Part shown: positions 30,195 to 37,711 of the stretch, piece after piece
Numbering within the stretch: position 1 is the stretch's first letter
Layout of the letters: each line of letters opens with the position of its first letter
Source of the DNA: a virus
Taxonomy: Duplodnaviria; Caudoviricetes
Strand: one strand, 5' to 3'
IMG/VR virus record: IMGVR_UViG_3300028043_000002
Location: 1 to 57,880 of that record
DNA length: 57,880 nucleotides
The notes under the pieces: model-generated
What the model was told of the DNA's origin: nothing
The model's input: only the letters and a program-made list of their open reading frames with translations
Databases searched by the model: none
Program-made: the position numbers and the translations under genes

Positions 30195-30400
30195 CCCTCC
30201 TATCTTAAAAGGGGGTGTGAAGTGTTGTGGGAACATTCGCACCAAGTTAGTCCTTTAAGTTTGAAGGGGTGCCCCTGGTTCCTTTCTATTCCCAAACCCC
30301 TATATCAAGATCCAACTACCTTATTAGTATTTCCCTGGCCTCTTTGGCGGCCCTCAATTTTTGCTTAGCCTATTGTTGATCACTATTAGCAGGAGGAGAT

Positions 30401-30565
30401 ATGAACTTCTTGTTAAGCAACATGATTTTGGCAGTTGGGCTTAGCTGGTACTTTAATACCAGCTACCTTCAAGCTTTTACCGTTGCGGTGGTCATTGGTG
30501 GAATCATGGCCACTCTAAACGTTGTCCTGTCTCGTTTTAGCAAGGTGTTCAGATATCCTTGGTAA
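30401..30565 (+). CDS. Small two-TM membrane protein (54 aa, not in the ORF track)
   Basis: MNFLLSNMILAVGLSWYF...AVVIGGIMATLNVVLSRF; AGGAGG RBS. Confidence 0.6.
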   Translation: MNFLLSNMILAVGLSWYFNTSYLQAFTVAVVIGGIMATLNVVLSRFSKVFRYPW

Positions 30566-30578
30566 AGGGGGGTCCACA

Positions 30579-30863
30579 ATGGATTGGATGTTAATGGTTA
30601 TGGATTGGATAATTGAAGAGGGGTTTAATTGGTTTGTGGAGGTGGATAATGTTTGGTTAAGAATTGAAAAGGGGGATGTGAAAAAGGAGGAGGTGGAGTT
30701 GTGGAAGAGGTTTAGGATTACAAGGAATAAATGGAGTGAAAGGTGGGGGAATGAGTTTGAGGATGGGGAGGTGGTATTTGTTGTAAGGAATGGGTTGGGG
30801 AGAATGAAGTATGTGAAAATGGAAAAGAAGGAGTTAATGAAGGTTTTGAAGTATGGAGTTTAG
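30579..30863 (+). CDS. Hypothetical protein encoded by an essentially cytosine-free gene
   Basis: ATG 30579 after AAAGGGGGG; 94 aa; a single C (30721) in the CDS. Confidence 0.75.
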   Translation: MDWMLMVMDWIIEEGFNWFVEVDNVWLRIEKGDVKKEEVELWKRFRITRNKWSERWGNEFEDGEVVFVVRNGLGRMKYVKMEKKELMKVLKYGV

Positions 30864-30888
30864 TTGGTTTAAATAAAGGAGGGAGGTC

Positions 30889-31113
30889 GTGATGGTAGCA
30901 TTAGTTCGAATGTACAAAGGTCAAATCCGGATTTCTTACATTAGGGAACCCAAGCTCCAAACCTCCCAAGAAGAAATTGATCTGAGGGATCGGGCGCGTA
31001 GGAAGAGGTTACTGAAAATTGAGTTCAACAACTTCAAGGCCACTCGTAGCTGGAAGTTTTGGTTTCGGGGCCGCTACCAGTGGCAAAAGAATTTGAGAAA
31101 GGAGGTGATATAG
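30889..31113 (+). CDS. Small basic protein
   Basis: AAGGAGGGAGG RBS. Confidence 0.6.
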   Translation: MMVALVRMYKGQIRISYIREPKLQTSQEEIDLRDRARRKRLLKIEFNNFKATRSWKFWFRGRYQWQKNLRKEVI

Positions 31114-31299
31114 TTGACCAAGGCAGAAGCTTCGAAGGTCTTTGGCTTCAAGAAGGGCAAGCTTTTGGTTGCCCGTGAAGCCGGTAGGGACCACATGAAG
31201 GAAGCGTATGCCCTCCAAAGCATGTTGAAGGAGGAGGGCATCGATTCCAAGCTGGACATGAATGCCAGCCCCTTAGGCCCTACTATTATTTTAGTCTAA
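31114..31299 (+). CDS. Small hypothetical protein
   Basis: TTG start after AAGGAGGTG. Confidence 0.6.
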   Translation: MTKAEASKVFGFKKGKLLVAREAGRDHMKEAYALQSMLKEEGIDSKLDMNASPLGPTIILV

Positions 31300-31351
31300 A
31301 CCTTCTGAGAACGTGCGGCCATAAAGTCCGTACGTTCAATTGAAGGCTTAG
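31296..31351 (+). other. Long imperfect RNA hairpin (RNase III-like processing site or terminator)
   Basis: CTAA.CCTTC...GAACGTGCGG / CCGTACGTTC...GAAGG.TTAG with a G-U pair; intergenic. Confidence 0.55.
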
Positions 31352-31375
31352 TCAAGTGTGAGTTAAATCTAATGG

Positions 31376-31414
31376 GGTGGGAGCCTAATAAGCGGAAAGG
31401 TAAAAAATACCACC
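31376..31414 (+). promoter_or_regulatory. Leader motif A, copy 3
   Basis: GGTGGGAGCCTAATAAGCGGAAAGGTAAAAAATACCACC. Confidence 0.7.
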
Positions 31415-31433
31415 CTGGGTCCCAGGTAGGGTC

Positions 31434-31886
31434 ATGAACAAGCTCTACGTTGTGAAGGCCTATAATGGGGAAACGTACGAGGACTACGACGTACGTCCCA
31501 TTATGGCATTCTCAACCGCGAAAGCTGCTTGGCAACTTAAGCGGGAGATGAATGCTAGGCTTAATAACGCGCGGCGCGTTCGCGATGCTTTCAGGGCTGA
31601 GTTTCGTGAGGTCAAGAAGATGATTGCTTCAGTCATCGGTCCTTGTCCTCGTCCGAATCGAAGCCCTTGGAGAGACGATCCAAGGCGTGAATGGTTGAAT
31701 CGCCTTGAGAGTCTCGCTTGGCGGAAAATGCCAAAAAGCTTCCATGGTCCGTCTTTATGTGGGTACGCCTCGGATGAATTTCCTGAGATTGACTTCTTCC
31801 ACTTCAGTGATGAAGGGGAATTTCAGGGGGGCATTCCCACACCCCGGGCGGTCTTCTTTATCACTACGCTTCCGTTTGGGGGCTAA
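31434..31886 (+). CDS. Hypothetical protein
   Basis: 150 aa; N-terminus LYVV....GE.YEDY....AFST...A is common in phage early proteins. Confidence 0.7.
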   Translation: MNKLYVVKAYNGETYEDYDVRPIMAFSTAKAAWQLKREMNARLNNARRVRDAFRAEFREVKKMIASVIGPCPRPNRSPWRDDPRREWLNRLESLAWRKMPKSFHGPSLCGYASDEFPEIDFFHFSDEGEFQGGIPTPRAVFFITTLPFGG

Positions 31887-31892
31887 TTAAGG

Positions 31893-31920
31893 GCCTTGTG
31901 GGTGGGTTGGTTAAACCCTC
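31893..31920 (+). promoter_or_regulatory. Leader motif B, copy 2
   Basis: GCCTTGTGGGTGGGTTGGTTAAACCCTC. Confidence 0.75.
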
Positions 31921-31962
31921 TCTTAGTCAAATAAAGCCTGTATGGGAAAGGAGGTGATGAAG

Positions 31963-32160
31963 ATGGGTGAGGCTTTAATTCCTAACGGTTATGCGCGTGA
32001 GGCCCTGTCAACAGGGTTACCACAAACCCAAGTTGATGTTGGAGTTTTTGTACAGGTCGATACTCTTGAGGAGCTTATCCTCCTGTACAATGCTCTCTCC
32101 GAAGCCGGGTATCGAGGGAAGCTTGTGCCCTTGACCGGGAGCTTGATTGCCTTTAACTAA
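31963..32160 (+). CDS. Small hypothetical protein, paralog of 29545..29739
   Basis: AAGGAGGTG RBS; shared motifs. Confidence 0.7.
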   Translation: MGEALIPNGYAREALSTGLPQTQVDVGVFVQVDTLEELILLYNALSEAGYRGKLVPLTGSLIAFN

Positions 32161-32173
32161 GAATTAATTAAGG

Positions 32174-32201
32174 GCCTTGTGGGTGGGTTGGTTAAACCCT
32201 C
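32174..32201 (+). promoter_or_regulatory. Leader motif B, copy 3
   Basis: GCCTTGTGGGTGGGTTGGTTAAACCCTC. Confidence 0.75.
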
Positions 32202-32231
32202 ATTTGGTCTTTAGAAAGGAGGTGAAACAGA

Positions 32232-32456
32232 ATGCCTATCACGCGGGAAGAATATGCCGAGATGTACACACCTGGTCATTGGGCCATCAAGGAGGAAGTT
32301 TTGTCGGCCCTTGAAAGCGGGGCCTGGCTTATCGACTACGGAGCCTACGACGAGCTGAACCATCAGTACCGTCTGTGCTTCGTCGACGGCGAATGCCTCG
32401 TCACCGTCCCCAACGAGGAGAAGGACTTCCTAGACTCGTTCTTGCAAAAGGAATAG
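32232..32456 (+). CDS. Small acidic hypothetical protein
   Basis: AAGGAGGTG RBS. Confidence 0.7.
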   Translation: MPITREEYAEMYTPGHWAIKEEVLSALESGAWLIDYGAYDELNHQYRLCFVDGECLVTVPNEEKDFLDSFLQKE

Positions 32457-32564
32457 GGTCTAGGTAGTTCCTCCTGGAAAAGAAAGGAGGTGAGATTGAT
32501 GAGGATACGTAGGTATTGGTAATGAATGGTTTGTAAGTTGCTGATCAAGGAAGTTAACCCCTAA

Positions 32565-32592
32565 GCCTTGTGGGTGGGTTGGTTAAACCCTC
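32565..32592 (+). promoter_or_regulatory. Leader motif B, copy 4
   Basis: GCCTTGTGGGTGGGTTGGTTAAACCCTC. Confidence 0.75.
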
Positions 32593-32635
32593 TCTTAGTC
32601 AAATAAAGCCGGTATGGGAAAGGAGGTGAAACAGA

Positions 32636-33016
32636 ATGTCTAAGAAGGCAATGTCCAAGCGGGCCCGGGTCCTGCAGGCTATTGGGATCTCTATGGATCC
32701 CAACAAGCCTCTCCGTCAACAAGCTGGAGGGGTGAAGCCGAAGAAAGCCGGGATTAGCATGGAGGGGCCTTATCGGACTTCCTCGTACGACATTGATCCC
32801 TGCAAATCCTGCAACTGCTTTAACTGCGGGAGTCGAGCGAAAGACGCCAAAGGGAACTTTGTCGTGTGTGTGGAATGTCCGCAAGGCAACCACCGCATCA
32901 AAGGGCGGCCCGTTGGCTGTACTGGATGCCCGAAGCGTGTTGAGCGCGTGTACGAAGCTCCGCACGCAAGGACTAACCTTGGCGACCTCATCATGGCCGC
33001 TCTCAGTAAAAAGTAA
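32636..33016 (+). CDS. Cys-rich Zn-binding protein
   Basis: CKSC, CFNC, CVEC and CTGC motifs; AAGGAGGTG RBS. Confidence 0.75.
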   Translation: MSKKAMSKRARVLQAIGISMDPNKPLRQQAGGVKPKKAGISMEGPYRTSSYDIDPCKSCNCFNCGSRAKDAKGNFVVCVECPQGNHRIKGRPVGCTGCPKRVERVYEAPHARTNLGDLIMAALSKK

Positions 33017-33025
33017 ACCCTTCTG

Positions 33026-33052
33026 GCCTTGTAGGTAGGTGGTTAAACCTTC
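33026..33052 (+). promoter_or_regulatory. Leader motif B, copy 5 (variant)
   Basis: GCCTTGTAGGTAGGTGGTTAAACCTTC. Confidence 0.7.
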
Positions 33053-33067
33053 AAAAGGAGAACTGCT

Positions 33068-33343
33068 ATGAAGAAAGAACGTAACCGCGGCGATTTATTG
33101 TCTCAACTACGAATCCACCTTGAAAGGTTTGCCCGTGAGGCTGAAAAGCTTTCTCACGAACTTGGTGAGACGGGCAGACCATTAACGCGGCCAGAGAGGA
33201 GGGTTGTCTATCAAACCATCGATGGACTCCTCAGGGATTGTATGGACGAAGCCACCCTCTTTGTCCTCAACGACTCCCCCGAAGACCTTGACTCTGCCAT
33301 AGATCACATCAAGGTCTGGATGCAGTTTAAGAGGGAATTCTAA
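33068..33343 (+). CDS. Hypothetical protein
   Basis: AAGGAG RBS. Confidence 0.7.
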   Translation: MKKERNRGDLLSQLRIHLERFAREAEKLSHELGETGRPLTRPERRVVYQTIDGLLRDCMDEATLFVLNDSPEDLDSAIDHIKVWMQFKREF

Positions 33344-33362
33344 ATCTAAAAAGGAGGTTCGG

Positions 33363-33653
33363 ATGAAGGCATTACTAATCTCAATCCCCGCTGAGCCTGC
33401 TCCTCAACGGTTTTGGACGAATCTCGGCCCCAAGACCATCGAGGAGATTTTGGCTGAACTCAACAAGAAGGGGTCGCGGCTCAACTACGGCATGCTGTGC
33501 CACGAGGCAAAGGATGCTGTTGAAGATGCCCTTATGGAACGAGACTCGGTAAAAGAAACCCGTGCTCGTCAGGCGAAGAAGGCCCGCGACAAGAAGAAGT
33601 GGGATGACAACAAAAGGGCAGCTGCCCAGCGGCAAGATCGGCGCCGCCGCTAA
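33363..33653 (+). CDS. Hypothetical protein with basic C-terminus
   Basis: AAGGAGG RBS. Confidence 0.7.
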   Translation: MKALLISIPAEPAPQRFWTNLGPKTIEEILAELNKKGSRLNYGMLCHEAKDAVEDALMERDSVKETRARQAKKARDKKKWDDNKRAAAQRQDRRRR

Positions 33654-33668
33654 ACAAGGGGTGAGACA

Positions 33669-33887
33669 ATGTACAAGTGCGCTTCATGTGGCAAGCAAGT
33701 TGGTCCTCGAGTTCCCCAAAGAAAGAAGGTTCTCGAGACGAGGATGGTCGATCACATAGACCCCGCTCCCAAGGGCTATCAAGGCTCGACGGAGTGGGAT
33801 GGCAAAAGCAAGGTGATCATCACCAAAGGTAAAACCCAAATCGTTCGAGAGGTTGGCGTGTGTCTCGCCTGCGCCGGCGTTGACTAA
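33669..33887 (+). CDS. Zn-ribbon protein
   Basis: CASC ... CLAC. Confidence 0.7.
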   Translation: MYKCASCGKQVGPRVPQRKKVLETRMVDHIDPAPKGYQGSTEWDGKSKVIITKGKTQIVREVGVCLACAGVD

Positions 33888-33913
33888 CCCTATTTCCAAA
33901 AGGAGGCAAAGTC

Positions 33914-34087
33914 ATGGAATTGAAAACTTTTCAAGACCTTTTGCACCTCCAGTCACCACCGAAGGTGCAAGAGGAGGCTAGGAAGCAGGTCCGTGAGTTC
34001 CATCGCATTTCTATCCGCCTATGGAAGGCATTCACCCGCAAGATGGAAAGGGAGGGTAGAAGGCAATGGATGGCTACTGCATCCTAG
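33914..34087 (+). CDS. Small protein (57 aa, not in the ORF track)
   Basis: MELKTFQDLLHLQSPPKVQEEARKQ...; AAGGAGG RBS. Confidence 0.55.
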   Translation: MELKTFQDLLHLQSPPKVQEEARKQVREFHRISIRLWKAFTRKMEREGRRQWMATAS

Positions 34088-34290
34088 TATTCCCGTGTTA
34101 TAAGTGCGGCGTTCTGTTCTCTTTTCACCCCCGCTACGTACCCAGCGTTCGCGATGGGCAAAACGTTAAGCAGCCCATTTGCCAGCCTTGCATTGAGACC
34201 GCGAATGGCATCAGGGCTAACAAAGGGCTACCTAAGCTTGAGGTTCACCCCCGAGCTTACGAGCCCTACTTCCCAGAAGGAGAACTTTAA
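34066..34290 (+). CDS. Zn-finger protein
   Basis: CYKC...F.F.P..VPS.......ICQPC. Confidence 0.7.
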   Translation: MDGYCILVFPCYKCGVLFSFHPRYVPSVRDGQNVKQPICQPCIETANGIRANKGLPKLEVHPRAYEPYFPEGEL

Positions 34291-34488
34291 TGGGGGTTAG
34301 CAATGGAAAGGAGGGCGGTAATTCGTGAACTGATTAGAAGTCAGGAGTCCACTTATTTCTCAGTGGGCCTTCGTCAACGCCTTAATATTATTAAACAAAT
34401 CCCAACCGGAACGTCCTTTCGGGGGACTATTGTCAAACTCCGTGGACTCTTTTGGATCAAGTCTGGGAGACATTAGGGAGGGTAAGCC

Positions 34489-34917
34489 ATGAAGGGATTG
34501 ACTGAGATTCTCGAGAAGATGGCAGCGAAGGAGGCTCAGTATGCAACTGTTGTCGAAGTTAGGGCAGCATACGACGCCCTCAACCAGGTTCACGCTTTTA
34601 AGCCTGGTGATCTCGTTATGTGGAAAGAAGGCCTGCGCAACAAATTAAGTCCCCTTAGGGGAGAGCCGGCGATCGTTTTGGAGGTCCTCGAGTCTCCTCT
34701 CTATGACGTTAACGCCCCAGCCGATAGCTCCGCCTTTCTGGAGCCCCTAGATATCTCCCTTGGTGTGATTAAGTATGAGGGTGATACTGGTTCACTTATA
34801 GTCTTTCACTTCGACTCCCGGAGGTTTCAACCGTATGACGGAAACCTCGCGCGGCAAATCCGGGAGGAGGACAAGGCGCGGAGAGAGTTGGAACAAAATT
34901 CCCAAATGGTTTCTTAG
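34489..34917 (+). CDS. Conserved-looking phage hypothetical protein
   Basis: FKPGDLV.WK.GL.NK..P....P.IVLEV...FDSRRF pattern; RBS. Confidence 0.75.
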   Translation: MKGLTEILEKMAAKEAQYATVVEVRAAYDALNQVHAFKPGDLVMWKEGLRNKLSPLRGEPAIVLEVLESPLYDVNAPADSSAFLEPLDISLGVIKYEGDTGSLIVFHFDSRRFQPYDGNLARQIREEDKARRELEQNSQMVS

Positions 34918-34947
34918 GAAGCCACAATCTAAAGGGAGGGAAGGCAG

Positions 34948-35235
34948 ATGGGACTTGTAGTGAGGAGTACCGCTGAGGGGGGAGCCCTTGCGTGTGACCC
35001 TGCGACAGTGGGAGATGTCATAAGGTTTCTTCAGGAGTTTCCACCTGAGATGGTCATCTTCTGGGACATCGAATGTGTTGTTGACCCTGAGGATGAAATT
35101 TTGCTGCTGCGAGACTCCAACACCAGCCACTTGCTATCTGTCATCAAACAGTGCCCCCAGTGTAGCCATGCTGTGACTGAGCGGGAAGCAACAAGGCCCG
35201 CTAGCATGCCCAAGTCAACGGACCACAAACACTAA
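34948..35235 (+). CDS. Hypothetical protein
   Basis: TVGDVIRFLQEFPPEM (TV..L...L..P.D type); RBS. Confidence 0.65.
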   Translation: MGLVVRSTAEGGALACDPATVGDVIRFLQEFPPEMVIFWDIECVVDPEDEILLLRDSNTSHLLSVIKQCPQCSHAVTEREATRPASMPKSTDHKH

Positions 35236-35250
35236 AAAGGAGGAGGACAC

Positions 35251-36366
35251 ATGATAAGGTTCCCTGTATCAATGGATGCCTGGACCAGGGCCTACCCGGA
35301 GTTCGCCGTCAAGGCTTCACACTTCCAGGAGCTTGAGGAGGTGGGCAAGAGCGTTACTCTAAGTGTTACTGGGAGGATGCGTTCGTCCCTATCACCCCCC
35401 TTGTTTGACAAAGTGACCCAGCTACTTCATCAGCAGTGGGGAGGCAAACTAATCGGTGGCTGGCACCAAAATGAACTGGTGCTCTTCACTAAGGGCCTTG
35501 TTGTGGTTATGGGGGTTTCACCTCCCCTCGTCGCCTATTCTATCTTCGCCAACTCCATTAATGAGTGTCGAACGTATGAGCAGGACCTGCTGCGCCTGTT
35601 AGATGGGACCTTTCAGCTGCGGGAGCCTGCCATTCGCGCACCCATCGACGTAGTGTGGTACACTAAAGTCGTGGATGGGGGAATCCTCCAATACCGCTTC
35701 TCTGAAATGATGGATGAAATGGTCTTTCCAGAATCCTACCCCTACATCGTTGATTTACACAAGTACATCCGGAGCTTTATCGAGGGTTCGGAGGCCGTTC
35801 TCGTATTATCAGGCCCCCCAGGAACAGGAAAGACGCGACTCATCCGTAGAATCTTGAGAGTGTTGGGAGATTTGCACGCAGAGGAGATGGAAAGGGAGTG
35901 GAAGAAGGGGAGACTCGTCGATGACATCGATGCTGATAATAATATCTTTTATCCCCCGGGGCTGAACGTGGGGTATACTACCCAAGCTGAAGTCCTGCAA
36001 GCGAGTGAAATCTATCTTGCCTTACTGTCAGGCCATATAGGGGCCCTAGTGCTTGAGGATATCGACTTCCACCTGAAGGCCAGGAAGGAAGGCAACGTGG
36101 CGATGTATCAACTACTCGCCGCGTCAGATGGCTTGGTGACGGGGTTGGGGGGTAAGAAGGTTATTGTGTCCACCAACCTTGAGGAGATAACCCACATTGA
36201 TGCGGCCCTCATTCGACCGGGTCGTTGCTTTGATACTCTGCATACCAGGCTCTTAAGCCCTGAAGAGGGTGAAGTGTTGTTGCAGAAGTTGGGGCATACG
36301 GTGCGAGTGTGTGAGAGCCTCTCGCTTGCCGACCTTTACAAGTACCACAACACCAAACAAACCTAA
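35251..36366 (+). CDS. AAA+ ATPase
   Basis: Walker A GPPGTGKT, Walker B LVLEDID, STN...IDAALIRPGR second region of homology. Confidence 0.9.
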   Translation: MIRFPVSMDAWTRAYPEFAVKASHFQELEEVGKSVTLSVTGRMRSSLSPPLFDKVTQLLHQQWGGKLIGGWHQNELVLFTKGLVVVMGVSPPLVAYSIFANSINECRTYEQDLLRLLDGTFQLREPAIRAPIDVVWYTKVVDGGILQYRFSEMMDEMVFPESYPYIVDLHKYIRSFIEGSEAVLVLSGPPGTGKTRLIRRILRVLGDLHAEEMEREWKKGRLVDDIDADNNIFYPPGLNVGYTTQAEVLQASEIYLALLSGHIGALVLEDIDFHLKARKEGNVAMYQLLAASDGLVTGLGGKKVIVSTNLEEITHIDAALIRPGRCFDTLHTRLLSPEEGEVLLQKLGHTVRVCESLSLADLYKYHNTKQT

Positions 36367-36380
36367 AGGAGGAGCAAGAA

Positions 36381-36644
36381 ATGAAGAAAGGGAAAAAGAA
36401 GGACGTGGCCATGAAGTGCATCAGGATTCATCACTACTATTCTGATGCAAAGGTTGAGGAGAAGGGTCAACTGGTTTCAGGCATTCCACTGCATCGCGCT
36501 GAAGCAGTAGTTAGTGAACAGCGTCGAGGTATTGTGGAAATCATCGCTGGTGAGATTACCGTTGTGCTTCGGGACATCTATCAGCGATTCACCAACCAGT
36601 CCTTCAGCCTATTTAAGGCAGAGGACATAGCAGAGGGCTTATAA
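36381..36644 (+). CDS. Hypothetical protein
   Basis: AAGGAGG RBS. Confidence 0.65.
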   Translation: MKKGKKKDVAMKCIRIHHYYSDAKVEEKGQLVSGIPLHRAEAVVSEQRRGIVEIIAGEITVVLRDIYQRFTNQSFSLFKAEDIAEGL

Positions 36645-36658
36645 GGAGGATTAAAGAC

Positions 36659-37039
36659 ATGTCAGAGGCAACAACCTTAAAGAGGCACTTGGAGAAGAGC
36701 GATTACTTCAAGTACCTCAAAAACCAGGAAGACCTGAGGCGGCTCATTGATGAAGAAATTCCATCACTTATGGTCGTCGATGGGTTAGTCGGCAATGGAG
36801 AGTACGCGGTTCTTCCATTGTATGACGTTATTGACTACTGGAACTCCAAGGGGCAAGGGTATGGTCTCAGCTGGGAGCGTATGTACGAGCTGGAAGACAA
36901 GTTCATGGTCGCTTGGCGCATCCGGCACCACTCCGCCCTTGGTATCCGCCAAATGAAGTATGGTGACAAGATACAGCCATGTATCTATGTCAAGACACCA
37001 AGACGCCGAAAGGAGAAGATGGACCGTGCGAACTCGTAG
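36659..37039 (+). CDS. Hypothetical protein
   Basis: AAGGAGG RBS; 126 aa. Confidence 0.7.
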   Translation: MSEATTLKRHLEKSDYFKYLKNQEDLRRLIDEEIPSLMVVDGLVGNGEYAVLPLYDVIDYWNSKGQGYGLSWERMYELEDKFMVAWRIRHHSALGIRQMKYGDKIQPCIYVKTPRRRKEKMDRANS

Positions 37040-37303
37040 AGCCATGAAAGAGAGGCCAAGAGTTTACACTACCACGTTCTTAGTGTTTCTCGACCGAATT
37101 ATGACATCGGCCGAGTCCCTTGATAACACCACCTCCGAGCGCATGGATTGGATGCGGAAACAAATCTGGATTCTCCAACTCATCTCCCCTTTCTTTGGGT
37201 TAATGATGGATAGGGCTGCTCAAGGAAAGGTTATGACAGGACATGAAAGTTTCATCTTCCACTCTTTTCCTAAGAGGGCAAAGGACTGGTCATCGTGGGA
37301 CGA

Positions 37304-37344
37304 AAAATTAAGGGGGTGAGCTTCTAAAATCACCCCTTAATTTT
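37304..37344 (+). terminator. Long inverted repeat at operon boundary
   Basis: AAAATTAAGGGGGTGA-loop-TCACCCCTTAATTTT. Confidence 0.55.
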
Positions 37345-37349
37345 AGCCA

Positions 37350-37378
37350 TTGATTTCGCCTAAATAATCCAATAAAAT
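37350..37378 (+). promoter_or_regulatory. Sigma70-type promoter
   Basis: TTGATT-17 bp-TAAAAT upstream of 37418. Confidence 0.7.
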
Positions 37379-37417
37379 AAAACAAGAAAAATGTAGCAAG
37401 AAAAAAGGAGGAGCAAG

Positions 37418-37702
37418 ATGAACACACTGGATTTAAGAATGGTTCCGAAGTCGATGTTGGATGCACTTCATGTTGAACTGGACAACGCCCTGGCCAACAT
37501 TTGTCGCAAGCTTGACGCTGCCGCAGGGCAAATTCCCGCAAGCATTGAACTGGAACTCGTGTACCCACGTTCGTTGAAGGAGGGAGACCTCAGCGTAATT
37601 GTTCACTACTTCTATGTTGCTGAGGTTAGCCAAAGCGGAAGGGTTGACAGTTCGTGTGACGGGCAGACTTTATACATCAACGGCGAAAAGTTTGACATTT
37701 AA
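37418..37702 (+). CDS. Hypothetical protein
   Basis: AAGGAGG RBS; first gene after the promoter. Confidence 0.7.
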   Translation: MNTLDLRMVPKSMLDALHVELDNALANICRKLDAAAGQIPASIELELVYPRSLKEGDLSVIVHYFYVAEVSQSGRVDSSCDGQTLYINGEKFDI

Positions 37703-37711
37703 GGAGGAGCT

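Noticed and set aside
23117-37328. Partial array-repeat matches (AACTTCTAA at 23117, GCTTCTAAA at 37320)
   Set aside because: They are only 9-nt matches and could be chance; not enough to call operators.
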